Below, one piece after another: positions 48,645-61,504 of a stretch of 64,000 bases of DNA (the first letter of the stretch is position 1; each line of letters opens with the position of its first letter). The DNA is from Lama guanicoe (taxonomy: Eukaryota). The notes beneath the pieces were generated by a model. It was not told the origin of the DNA, did no database searches, and was given only the letters and a program-made list of their open reading frames with translations. Location: NCBI GenBank assembly GCA_013239625.1, contig MU053881.1:14188373-14252372 (forward strand), in the 5' to 3' direction. A program made the position numbers and the translations under genes.

Positions 48645-51600
48645 CCTCACCTCTCAGAATTCTCTTCTCCCACCTGCAAAGGCAGAAAAGATTTCTGAAG
48701 CCCCACCAACTGCTGCTTCTGGGTCTCCAATCCTGCCTTTAAGATAACCCACCTTTTTACCCACAAAAAAGAAGGAGCATTTGTCCCTTTCAGTAGATGC
48801 AAAAGACAAAGTATGAAGAGAAGCACAGGTTTGCTCTCCCCATTAATAACAGACCAGCCTGTGCGGCAGCGAGAAGGGGGTACAGGAATCCTGGACAGCT
48901 TAACTTTCGCTAGGCTTCTAGCCAAGTCTTCTTTTTTTAAAAAAAAGCAAAGAACCAGAAAGGGGGATGACCCAGAGGGAAGGTGAACTTGCTGGAAGTT
49001 GAGAATCACCTCTGCTACCCTCAATCACCCTGGTGGTTGGAGGAGAGTGATTTTGAAGATAGGTAACAGGTTGAAAATGGAACCTCTGGGGTACCTTCAA
49101 TAGGTGCTTTTACCAGTGGACCCACTGGTGCCTTCCCAGGCTAGACCTTATACCACCCTCCTGACCTCACCGCCAGTCAGTTGGCTCAGGATAAATCAGA
49201 TGACATCATTCAGGCCACAGTCTTCAAGAACATCATAACCTAATGTGAGACCCCGTCTTGGGGATTCATCTATTTTAACAGCAGTTTGAGGTACTTTATC
49301 CCAAAGAAGCAGCAGGTCTAGGAGCTCTTCAGGCAGCATGGCCAGCCAGAGCAAGGAGACACTTTCGGCCAGACTACCCTTTAAGACGACCCTTGCTCCA
49401 CCAGGACATGACTGCCTACACATCAGGCGGCTCTTGTACCAGACGACAAACCGGGAATAAACTGCCTTTTTTGTTCCCTGCAAATGATACTGTATTTTTC
49501 CATGTGACTTCCTTGCCCCATTTTGTAGATGGGTAAACTAAGGCTTGATACCATTCGCAACAGGCCATTATGGGGCAAAGAGCCAAGATTCAACCCCAAG
49601 TTGCTCAACTTCAGGGCCCAAAATGTGAGCCCCTAGGCTGCACTCTTTCCACAATGCATCGAAAAGAGCTCTGGCTGAACTCAGAGTCGCAAGATCTGGC
49701 TCCCAAATCTGCACACTTCTTACCGTGGAGCCTTCTTTCCCTCCTCATTCTTCTCCATGTGTGCAACAAAGGGGGTGGCTTGGAGGTTTCTAAGGCCTCT
49801 AAGTGTTTCTGAATTCACAACTCATCTGTAAGAAGAACACATACTCATGGACTCCTAAATGCCCTTGAAGCTTTCACTCAAGGTATCAATGAAATCTTTT
49901 TCTGAGTAGATGTGTTTAAAATTGGACTAATCAGCTGTTGGAAAGGATAATTAAAGCCACTAGTAAATCAACTGAAAACCTGCTGACTGGCTGAGCATCA
50001 GCAAATCACAAAGAGTTGGAAGGTGAGGAGCAGGGAGAGGAAGCAGGTGGCAGGGAAGGAACGGGAAGGGTATTAAGATAACTTCCCAAGGCGCTAAGCG
50101 GGAGCCAAGCGCTCTACAGAAGCCCCAACTCCTGAACCTGGTGTTCACCGGGCCCCCACTGCCTGACCCTGACCTACCTCGCCAAGCTCAGAGCCTGAAC
50201 ACATTTCACACTTTCCAATCTCTGTGCCTTTGGTCGGGCCATTTCCTCTACTTAGAATGCCTGCTCAAAGCCAGAAGCTCAAAATCAGACCTCTAATGAC
50301 CAATTCTTCCATGAAGATTTCCCCAGTCACTGACCTCCCAGGCCTCTTTGCACACCACTTACAGAACTCAGTACGGACTCACTTCTAGGTACTCAAGTTT
50401 GTTTTTTTTTTAAATAACTCCCGGTAGGATGTCAGAGCCTGAAGTCACATGTCATGAGTGATTCAACTTTAGGTCATTCTAGGGCTAGCCAAGTCACTGA
50501 CAGTGGTGGACTGGCTCCTAAGTATGTCCTCTCATCTAGTCCCGACTACAGACCCAGGAGGCATAGGTGGAGAGACATTTCCTCTGCCTCTCCTGTACCG
50601 TGAGGCCTCTGTCTCAGCCTCCCCTTTTTCTCTTCCCTATAAGCAAAGATCAGAGGATGATCCAGTGGTCAAAGTGTCAGCCAAATCAGTGGGTTCTTGA
50701 GGGCCTGTGTCTTCAAAGAGTTCCACACACATTCTGGGCTCTCTTGCATTTCTTCCTTCCATGAAGTCAGTCAGCACACTAAGCTGAGACTCATCTCATG
50801 GGGAAAGCCAACCTCTTTTTGCACCCCCCCCCACGCTTTTCTTCTACTTTGAGCCACTGGGCTCAGTTATAAATAAATTACTTTTGTTCCCATTCACTCA
50901 TGTTCCTGGTGATACTAGTCTGGAGAGAAGGGAGTAGGAAATGGGGAGGTGGAGGCCCACAGAGGGGAGAAGTGATTGTCCATGTGGGACGCAGAATTCC
51001 TGAGTTCTGTGTCCATGCTGCCAAAATACCTTCAAACGTATTTGGTAGTTTTATCCCCAGTCTGCAGGTAAGCAAACTGAGGCTCAGAAGAGTTAAGTCA
51101 TTTACCCAAAGATGCACTGTTAATAAGAGGCAGAGTCAGTATTCCAAAACCCACACAGGATTCCCAGCCCACTTTAATTAACAACCAGGGAAGCCTGGTC
51201 TTTGGGAAGTGGCAGGGCTTGTGATTTTCCAGAACAGTCCTGTCTCACAGACTACCTCAGGGTCCCAGGCTGTACCTCCAGCTACTTAACCTTTTCAGCC
51301 TCCTCCCCTCCAGCTTCTCCCCAGGCACCCCCTCCAAACACTGACCCAGAGCCTGGGAGAGGAACTGGCACCGTGGACATCATATTGACATTGGCCTGGC
51401 TCTAATTACAGTACCAACAGCCCGCATCATGCCCGGTAGGCAAACCATGCCAGAGACACGTTAATTTCTGCCCCAGCTGGTTCTCACCATGGGCATGTTC
51501 ACATTGTCGTGCTCAAAGGGGCCCTGCCTGAACTCCTGATGCGGGAGGAGTGTACCCAGCCCCGTCTCACTTCTTATTTTTAATTAGAAGTTCCATTAAA

Positions 51601-54600
51601 TCCACTGCAGCAATGAGGCGCACACCAGGCAGCACACTTCAGAACAATTAGCACACTCCACAGGTGGCTCGAATGGCTCCGGTCCTGCTCTGGGCCAATG
51701 TAATTGTACCAAAACATACAGCCTACGAGGAGGCTCCCATTTTACGTGGAAAGAAACAACCCACTTAAGATTAGTCCCACAATCTATTGGGCAGTTAGAT
51801 CTGTAGGAAATTGTTTGGTATACATAATTTAAAAGTTTGCCAGAGGTTGAGACAAATGGAAATTACCTCTCACTTGCGGCTCAGTATGTTCATAAGCAAA
51901 CCTCCACCCCTGCCCACCTCACCCCACCCCCCAGGCCGTCACTGCTGTGTGTTTGCACGCAGACGCCTACTGTGTAAAGAGACTACTTGTCATTATGTGT
52001 CTGGTTCACTGTGGACATAAACGTTCCTTTCTGGAATGTGGGAAATCATCCGTGGGGCAAGGATGTTCTGGAGCCCACATCTACCTTGCTGCCACTTTCT
52101 GAATCCCGAAGCCACTGATTAAAACCTACCCCTAAGACAGCTCGTGGCCAAGTCATCCTGGTGATGCTGAGGAATAAACAATAAGAGCGAGCCGGAAGAC
52201 CAGAAAGACCTCTCTGAACACCGGGAGAGCGGCAGGAAGCCACCCGAGGCTCCCTGGACTCTGTGTGAAGCCACGCTCTTGGATTCCACAGGCAGAGGCA
52301 TCTCGTCTGCATTCAACATCCCTCTCCAGCCCTTGTGGCTGAACCATCTTGCCTCCTGCAGGCCGGCAGTGCCGCTGTAATTAATATTCAGCTGGCATTT
52401 CCACTGCGCACTCCAAGCCTGTTCTTTCAGCCTTTTCAAATCCAATTCAGACCAAAGTCATCTTTGCCCTTGCGTTTTGGTCCGGGCAGCAGTGGTTGTT
52501 AGGGCTGCAGCTCATGGTTTTTTAGCATTTATCGAACAGCAAAGGAGCCCTACATGAGCTCAGTTGTCACCAGGTCTCTGACTCCCGAACTAAAATTAAA
52601 AAGCCAGCAGGACACCAGTTCTGGGGCAGGAAAGAGGCCGCTTCAGCAGGAATTATTATTTATGACTTTTTCATCCGAGACTGTGGATGGAGTGGAGGGT
52701 TTGTGAGGCTTTGGGAAGGGGGCCGTCGGGCTTACAGGGGACAGCCGCTGTTTGATCACTCACTTGAAAGTCTACCCAATCGCCCTGCAAGCTTCATTAT
52801 CTGTGGATCCAGAGGAAGTGGGAGAGTGTAAGGAGGCCTTGATTCAAATCCTGAGCTAATTCACTACATGACCTTGTGCAAATGACTTCCCCTCTCGGGG
52901 ACTCAGCCCCTCACGTTCAAAATGAGAGTTAAACCAGGATCAGCGATGTTTCCTCCATCTCCCCAGGGAGATGTGATCAGGAGGGGGTTCCCTGCCCTAC
53001 GTACCCAGAGCAGCTTTCAGCCTGCCTGCTTCATGTGCCAAGCTTTCCCCCAAGCTTGTGTTTAAAGAAAATTCTTCTTCTTAATCTGTAAACTACAAGT
53101 TTGAGGCCACTGGGTAATCTCTAAAATCCTTCATCGCTCTTGAGCCTCTAAAGTAGTAAGAATTGAAATGGTCTATGGAACCCACATGCTAGGACAGAGC
53201 AGCTGTGTATTTTGAGTGATAAAAGGGATGCGAGGGGACAAGATAAAAGCAGATTAATAAAGAATCCCCAGCAAAGGAAGCAGAGAAACACAGCGATGAC
53301 ACAAATGCCTGTAGACACAGAAACACAGAGCACAGGGGAGCTGAAAAGTGGTCTGAATGACGTGCAGGCTGTCTAATAACTAATACAGCTCAGCATCGTT
53401 CCACAGCAGGTTTCCTGGGCAGAGGGAAGGCCCCCCTGGTCCAGACTGACAAGAATTTCTACCCCTTCTCTCTTAAATGGATGCATTGCTCCCCTGTGCA
53501 AGCTTTGAAACCAGGGAAGGTGGTATCAGCTCCTTGGCTAAAAATCTTCTAAAGACAAATTCTGAAACCTAAAAGCCATCTTCATGGGTCTTCCAAAATG
53601 AAAACAAATGACTCTGGTTAATGAAAGCCTGACAGACTCACACAACTAATGGCAGGCAAGGTTAACTTCTGAAACGTAAAAAAGAGACTTCAGCTTCACG
53701 TCCAGTTAAACGTGGTGGATTGACATCCACATTTATTTCTGCTTTCTACTCCAATCCCACTAGAGTGTGAGTTAAGGGAGTAGAAAGGTATCAATCCTCA
53801 AGAACAAAGAGAAAGGGAAAGAAATAGACGCCAGAGAGGGGCCAACAAAACTTAGGGAAATGGAAAAGAAATGCAGGAAGGGTAACTGGATTCGATTTCA
53901 GCTTTCCTCTCTCTGCAAAGGAACTGCAGGGTGAGAAACCAATGGGAATCCAGGCAGTGCCTGCCAAGCGACCTCCTGAAGGCTCGGGAATCAGAAACAC
54001 CAGGTAAGCTGAGGACGGAGGCCGGGGAGCAGAGCTGAACACAGGTGTTTGAAAGCCCCAGCCACCTCCACTCCCCCAACCGGTTTAGACATGGAACCGC
54101 CGCTCCCCCACCAGGTGGGAGGTTTCTTCTCCAGAGAGGCTGGAATGAAGGCTCTGCAAGAGGTAACACGGGCAGAGCCCAGGCTGGGAGTGAGGCCCTC
54201 CAGGGACAGAAGGTTAGACCCTCAGCTCCTAGCGTGCTGGCAGCCCCCAAACCCCCAAGGCCCCTCCCACGCAGGAAATCAGAGAGCTCTTTTTTGGAAA
54301 GCTGACTAGCCCAAGAAAAAACATTTTCAGGAGCTACATCGAAAGAGGACCAGCAGATCGTCCTTTGAAAAATCCATTGTATTCAAGACCACTCTCTCCC
54401 CCTGCCCTACAAAGTCACAACTCAACACCTTTCTATCTGGAATTCCATCGCCACCACCAATAGCCGAACTCCCCCTGGAGCAGGGTGCATGCTGTGGTTA
54501 ACTGCATCCACCCCAGTGCATTGGCAGAGGGGAAGGAGCAGAATCAGTAACACACCTCATCATGGTGGGTTTGCTGAATGGAGGTGTGCAAGCACAGCAC

Positions 54601-54956
54601 AAGGGTGAAACGGCTCAAGGTGAGACAGAGCAAGTCTTTTTTTTTTTTTTAATATTGGAGATTTGTGATTAAGAAAGAAAAGGAAGGATGCAAAAGGTGG
54701 TCTGCAAGGAAGAGCTACTCTAGGGAGAAGCACAAGATGTATCCAGGCAGGTCCCTCTTCTAATTACCATGCACAATCTTCGTTCAATGTCACTTCTCCT
54801 GGACACTCCTTCGAGCTTCATCTACTTGGGAGACAGATCCAACTTCCATGTCTGACCTCAAAGGGGCATCAGGAGAAAACAGAGGCTGCCACATCCAGAT
54901 CACCCATTATCTGCCTTCGTCCCACCAGCATGTCTTAGTTAAGAATCACTCATTTT

Positions 54957-55790
54957 ATGCTCAATATCACTAATTATCAGAGAAATGTAAATCAAAACTG
55001 CAATGAGGTCACACCAGTCAGAATGGCCATCATTCAAAAGTCTACAAATGATAAATGCCAGAGAGGGTGTGGAGCAAAGGGAATCCTCCTACGCTGTTGG
55101 TGGGAATGCAGTTTGGTGCAGCCATTGTGGAAAACAGTATGGAGATTCCTTAAAAAACTAAAAATAGACTTACCATATGATCCAGCAATCCTACTCCTGG
55201 TCATATATCTGGAGGGAACTCTAATTCAGAAAGACACATACACCCCAACGTTCATAGCAGCACTGTTTACAATAGCCAAGACATAGAAGCAACCTAAGTG
55301 TCCATCAAAAGATAACTGGGTAAAGAAGATGCAGTATATTTCAACAACGGAATACTACTCAGCCATAAAAATGAATAAAATAATACCATTTGCAGCAAAA
55401 TGGATGGACTTGGAGTTCATCATTCTAAATGAGATAAGCCAGAAAGAGAAAGAAAAAAATACCATATGATATCACTTAAATATGGAATCTTAAAAAAAAA
55501 AAAAGGACACAAATGAACATCTACAAAACAAAGACTCACAGAGAAAAACCTTATGGTTACCAGGGATTAAAGGGGGAGGGAAGTGATAAATTGGGAATTT
55601 GAAAATTGTACCTCTTGGGGAGTGGTGGAAATGTTATCTATCTTGATTGTGGTAGTGGTTTGATTGGTGGATACATCTATCAAAATTCATCAAAGTATAC
55701 ATCTGAAATGTGTAGATTACGGTATAGGAACCATACCACAGTAAAGGTGTTTAAATAAATAAATAAATATGCCCTAGGCTGGGGAAGAAA
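54957..55790 (+). mobile_element. L1 ORF2 C-terminus plus partial 3' UTR joined to an older L1M-type 3' end
   Basis: [22 protein letters not shown] peptide; young UTR stops near 55607 and continues as ggaaatgttatctatcttgattgtggt...caaaattcatcaa, then (TAAA)n. Confidence 0.8.
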
Positions 55791-55794
55791 AAGA

Positions 55795-56625
55795 AAAAGG
55801 AATGGAAAGATATCCCATGCTCCTGGATTGAAAGAATCAATATTGTTAAAGTGGCCATACTGCCCAAGGCAATCTACAGATTTAATCCAATCCCTATTAA
55901 ATTACCCAGGACATTTTCCCCAGAAATGGAACAAAGAATCCTAAAATTTATGTAGAATCACAAAAGACCCAGAATTGCCAAAGCACTACTGAAGAAAAAG
56001 AAAGAAGCTGGGTGAATAACCCTCCCAGACTTCAGACAATTCTACAGAGCTACAGTCATCAAAACAGCATGGTACTGGCACAAAACCAGACAAATGGATC
56101 AATGGAACAGAACAGAGAGCCCAGAAATAAACCCACAGACTTTTGGTCAACTAATCTATGACAAAGGAGATGAGAATATACAATGGAGAAAACAGTCTCT
56201 TCAGCAAGTGGTGTTGGGAAAACTGGACAGCAGCATGTAAATCAGTGACGTTAGAACAGTCCCTCACACCACACACAAAAATAAACTCAAAATGGCTTAA
56301 AGACTTAAATGTAAGATAAGACACTATAAACCTCCTAGAAGCAAACATAGGCAAAACATTCTCTGACATAAATCTCAGCAGTGTTCTCCCAGGGCAGCCT
56401 ACCCAAGTGATAGAAATAAAGGCAAAAACAAACAAATGGGACCTAATTAAACTTATAAGCTTTTGCACAGAGAAGGAAACCATAAGCAAAACAAAACAAC
56501 CCACGGAATGGGAGAAAATATTTGCAAATGATGCGACTGACAAAGGTTTAATTTCCAGAATATATAAACAGCTCATACAACTTAATAACAAAACAAACAA
56601 CCGAATCCAAAAATGGGCAGAGGAC
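55795..56625 (+). mobile_element. L1 ORF2 internal segment (WKDIPCSW to KWAED) with no 3' UTR
   Basis: tggaaagatatcccatgctcctggattg ... aaatgggcagaggac; ORF 56407..56661 gives EIKAKTNKWDLIKL...QKWAED. Confidence 0.85.
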
Positions 56626-57211
56626 AAAAAAAATTTTTTTGACTTTTCTCATTCTTTATAAAATTTTATTTCCTGCAAACTCACTGAAGTCTTACCCACT
56701 TTTCTGTCTCCACAGTGTCCAAAAACAAGCACTACAGTCATCACCTGAGGGTCCACGTATAAGTGCCAGGAACTTTACCTGCATAATCTCCTCACTTTGA
56801 GGAAATGTAGATTTAACCTGCCCCAGCTGGGATCAGCACTTGGGTAGCCCTCAGCTTATTTGGTAAGCCAATTTTTCATCTCCACTGCATGTCAGGAGCT
56901 GTGTTAGTCCCAAGGATCCAGAGGTGAATGAGACACCCTCAGTCCTGGCTCCTGAGATGCCGGTTCAGGTTTCCTGGCCGCAGGCAGCAAATGTGAGCCT
57001 GCGTCATTTAAATAAAATGAAATGTGTAGGCAAAATACTGACATGCCGATAGGCTTGAAAAACAAACAGGCGAGCCGTTCTTCAGGAAGGCTGGGAACCA
57101 GAGTAAGTCCCCCGAGAGCTGCCCAGGCCCTAGCCTGCTCCCTGGATTCTCTTGTAACTGTCCCGGAGGGGGCCCTGGCTTAGGTAGTTTTAAAACTTCC
57201 CCAGATTTGCA

Positions 57212-57424
57212 GTTCGAGATTTGCAGACACTAACTACTATACGTAAAATAGATAAACAGGTTTATACTGTAGAGCACAGGGAACTACATTCAAGATCTTG
57301 TAGTAACCTATAATGAGAAAGAATATGAAAACAAACGTACGTATGTATATGTGTGACTGAACTGTTAGGCTGTGCGCAAGAAACTGGCACAACATTGTAA
57401 ACTGACTATATTCAAAAAAAAAAA
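57212..57424 (+). mobile_element. Short L1 3' end with poly(A)
   Basis: gttcgagatttgcagac...tagataaac...agcacagggaacta...acattgtaaactgactata followed by an A-tail. Confidence 0.8.
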
Positions 57425-57899
57425 ACCTAACAAGAAAATCAAACACTTTGCATGTTTCTTTCCTAGAAATTTTACAGTGAAATAATTACATTTTAACTTC
57501 AAAACCTTGCCCAGATGACCCCCGTTTGTAAGCATGGCTGACAACTGCCGTTCTCGTCTCTTCAGTTGAGCTGTCGTCTTCTTCTCCTGTGTCATTCTGC
57601 TTTGCAGTCATTCCCTGACTCCTGATAAAGTGAAAATGAACTTTTGAAAATCTACCCCAATTCCCCACCAAATTTAATAGGTGGACAGCAATCTACTGCA
57701 TGTTCACAGCACTTACTTCGCCTCAGAGCACCCTCAGGTGTCTTATCTCAGCGTGAGCCTCACAGCTGCCCTGGAAGGTCGATGGCGCAGACGTTATCTT
57801 GTCTCCTTAAGACAGGAAACCTGAGGGTCAGATCTGGGCACACGTTCCCAGAGCAAGTGAAGGGCAGAGCTGAGCCAGACCCCCCGAACTCCACAGGAC

Positions 57900-58075
57900 C
57901 GTGGTTCTCTAACTGCAGAGTGACTGAGACACACCTGCATACTTGTCCCAACAGTGTCCTTGACTTCAAACCCAGAGGTTCTGATCCAGTAGGTCTTGAG
58001 TGAGGCACAAGTACCTAAAGCATCACCAAGGTTGATTCTGATGCACCTGACCCCCAATTTCTCAGTTGGTGAAAC
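57900..58075. mobile_element. hAT-Charlie MER5A-like fossil
   Basis: cgtggttctctaact...cccagaggttctgatccagtaggtct...gttgattctgatgca...gaaacactg. Confidence 0.6.
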
Positions 58076-58327
58076 ACTGCCGTCGAGAAAATCATCTTCA
58101 GTCCTTGGCTTTGGCTATGACCCTGTCCAGAAGCAAGGGCGAGGATTGGCTGACTAATTCAAGATGCTTTCCAAACTGAAAGCATTTCATTTGCCTTTCC
58201 CCTCATCCTCATATTATAAACTAGTAATAGCCTGTCAGGGAAATAATAGTCAAAGACAAACTCTGGATCAGCGATGGTCAATGAGCTTCCCTTCAGCATG
58301 CCAACACAGATCAATCAGCAGTGACTT

Positions 58328-59125
58328 ATCATTCAAAAGTCCACAAATGATAAATGCTGGAGAGGCTGTGGAGAAAGGGGAACCCTCCTACACTGCTGGT
58401 GGGAGTGCAGTTTGGTGCAGCCATTGTGGAAAACAGTATGGAGATTCCTCAAAAGATTAGGTATAGACTTACCATATGATCCAGCAATCCCACTCCTGGA
58501 CATATATCCAGATGGAACCCTACTTCAAAAAGACACCTGCACCTCAATATTCATACCAGCACTATTTACAATAGCCAAGACATGGAAACAGCCTAAATGT
58601 CTGTCGACAGATGACTGGATAAAGAAGATATGGTATATTTATATAATGGAATACTATTCAGCCATAAAAAATGACAACATAACACCATTTGTAGCAACAT
58701 GGATGTCCCTGGAGAATATCATTCTAAGTGAGGTAAGCCAAAAAGAAAGAAAAATACCATATGATATTGCTCTTATGTGGAATCTAAAAAAAGAAAAAAG
58801 ACGAATGAACAAAAATACAAAACAGAAACAGACTTATAGACGTAGAATATAAACTTGTGGTTTCCAGGGGAGGAGGGTGGGAAGGGACAGACTGGGAGTT
58901 CAAAATTTATAGATACTCACAGGTATATATAGAATAGATAAACAAGATTATACTATATAGCAAAGGAAAATATATACAAGATCTTGTGGTAGCTCACGGT
59001 GAAAAAGAATGTGACTATGAATATATGTATGTTCATGTATAACTGAAAAATTGTGCTCTACACTGGAAATTGACACAACATTGTAAACTGACTATAACTC
59101 AATAAAATAAAAATTTTTTAAAAAC
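58328..59125 (+). mobile_element. 5'-truncated young L1 (ORF2 C-terminus plus 3' UTR)
   Basis: [13 protein letters not shown]...EYYSAIK...SEVSQ peptide; 13-bp TSD tcagcagtg(a/g)ctt at 58315-58327 and 59126-59138. Confidence 0.9.
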
Positions 59126-60512
59126 TCAGCAGTGGCTTCCTAGAGCCTGGGATGGAGCAGCAGTAAGACCACTGGCACAGCAGGAAAGCATACTGTAACC
59201 AGCTAGGGATGGTCGTCAGGGACACAGTGAGGATTCTGGCAGCCCAGCCTATCAGTGCCATAAACAGGACTTGATCCTCTGTTTTTCATTTTTGTAGAAC
59301 GGATGTTTCTACAGAGAGAGACCTAGTTTCTGACTACAGATAATGAGAAATGATTTCTTTAAGTTGCTTCCACGCCACCCATAAACTATGGGTTGTACTT
59401 GAGATATTCTGGATGCCATGATTCAAATATAAATATCCCCTGAAATCCATCAATGTCTGGGTAGCTGATTAAGCACCATGGACTCTTAAGTGTTCTCTTT
59501 TCTGATCTTCAGGCATTTTTTTATTCTGGTGAGCTGATGTATTACCACAGTGAGGGTACTTCTGCACACGTTCTGCTCATGATAACAGATGAGGTGTGAA
59601 ATTGATTCTGAACACCTAGGAGGGTTATGATTTATCACCATACATTAGGCCCTGTGGAGCCTTACAGGACGAGTCCCAGCTACACTCAGAATCCAACCAA
59701 ACTTCCGGAAAGGGGACACAGTGACTCAAGATGCGTTAAGTACAGTGATTTCACAGCTGGCACCCAGTAAGGGGTTCCATTTCATTCAGTCAGTCAACAA
59801 ATACTTCATGAGTACTTAACATATGCCAGGTACTGTTTTTGGAGCTGCAGATACGACACTGGACAAGAAAGACTCACCTATCCCTCGAGTTGGCTTCCCT
59901 CTGTGAAAACTCACACTCACCACTGGTCAAACCCACCAACAGCCTGGTACCTGTGGGATCAGTACTTGCAGAGGCCTGAACTGCACGTCATCCTACAATT
60001 TTCTGGACTGAAGCCACTTTCTCAGACGACAAGCACCTAGGTTTTTATATCTACTGCTTCTCCATACAGGTAATCTCCTTTGAGCTAATGCTGAATGAGA
60101 CTGAAATCTGACTTTCTTGCCCAAAGTAGTAGTCTTGTCCACTACTAGTGGACTAGTAGTCTCTCCAGCCTAGTTACAGGTCAAAATCACCGAGTGCAAT
60201 TCACCCCAGGAACTCTCACCAGCCCACAGTTGGCTCAGCCAGTGTTCATCTGTGGAATGGAGCTTCTGCTTCACTACTCCCCGAGAATCACAGCACATTA
60301 GAGCAATAGATTTCAAAACTTTAATGTGATGAGAATGCCACAGGGGTGTGGAAGTTATTTTCCAGTTGGCTTACAGCCCCACACATATACACTTTGTTTA
60401 TTAAAAAGGAGCGGCAACTTTTATCTATTAAGATCCTATTTTAAAAGGTACTCAGCTTTAACATACCCCTCATTCCTCTTACTCCTCCTGCTCTCCGAAC
60501 AGCATTATTACT

Positions 60513-60998
60513 ATGATAGACTTCAGGCAAACTGCTCTCAGTTAATCCCTTCTGACTACCTATTCCCTTTGCAAAGTGACTATAAAGCGCCTTCCATCAA
60601 CAGAAGTCTCTCCATCTCTCGGCTCAGGGCTGGCCTTGTGACTTGCTTTGGCCAATAAATGGCAGCAAAAGCAATATGCCAGTTATGGTTCTAGACCTAA
60701 AGAGTTCACGTGCTTCCTTTGGGAATCCCACTGAGCTTCCGTGTGACTGAGCCCAAGCTAGCCTGCTGGAGGACAGGAGACCTCAGGCAGGAGAACCAAG
60801 TGCCCCAGACAGTGAGCAGTCAGCTCGCAGCACCAGCGCCACCTCGCTGACCTGACACCACCACAGACACATGAGGAAGACCAGCCAAGACCGGAACAAT
60901 CCAGTTGACCACTAGACCGGTGAGCAGTAATAACCAGTTGTTCTTTTAAGCTACTAGTTTTAGGGTGTTCTGTAACCCCACAACTGATAACTCATACA
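60513..60998 (+). mobile_element. ERVL-MaLR (MLT1-like) LTR
   Basis: gggctggccttgtgacttgctttggccaata...gagcccaagctagcctgctgga...ttttaagctactagttttagggtg...gataactcataca. Confidence 0.7.
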
Positions 60999-61504
60999 AT
61001 AACTGATTCCTTTTATCAAAGCTCTCTTTTATTGCTGTTTCTGACTGGATCATGATTGATAAAGGGAACTTGTTAAAACTGCAGAACCCCCACTGAAGCA
61101 CCCCAGGCAATTTCGATATGTGGCCTCAGAACATTTTTTGCCAAACACAGTTTTCAAGAGGCTGTGGAAATTATCTTGTCTAAACTCTCACCTCTCAGGC
61201 AGTTTAGAGATAAGATCACCTTTAGGCAAAAGCTCAGACTGATCAGATTCTTGGTAACCTATTCCAATGATCAAGAAACATCACAGCACTGTCTAGGATT
61301 TTTTTTCCCCATAATTGCTAGCTTCATTCCCTCAAGCTGCAGTTTTTGTCTCTTTCAACTTATTTTTTGCTCAGAAGGAAAAAAAATAGTGGCTGGCAGA
61401 TATTTTCTATAAGTAAAACATTTTTTACCCCTTAGGTTAAATAGCCCCAGCCAATTTCTTAAAATTTTCATTCTGGCCGCTTGGAATTAAAAAAGAAGAA
61501 TCTA

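Noticed and set aside
58412..58852. 146-aa novel protein
   Set aside because: It is the L1 ORF2 C-terminus reading into the UTR of a 5'-truncated, TSD-flanked insertion. The same applies to ORFs at 29695, 30735, 54957, 56151, 56407, 61981 and 63057.
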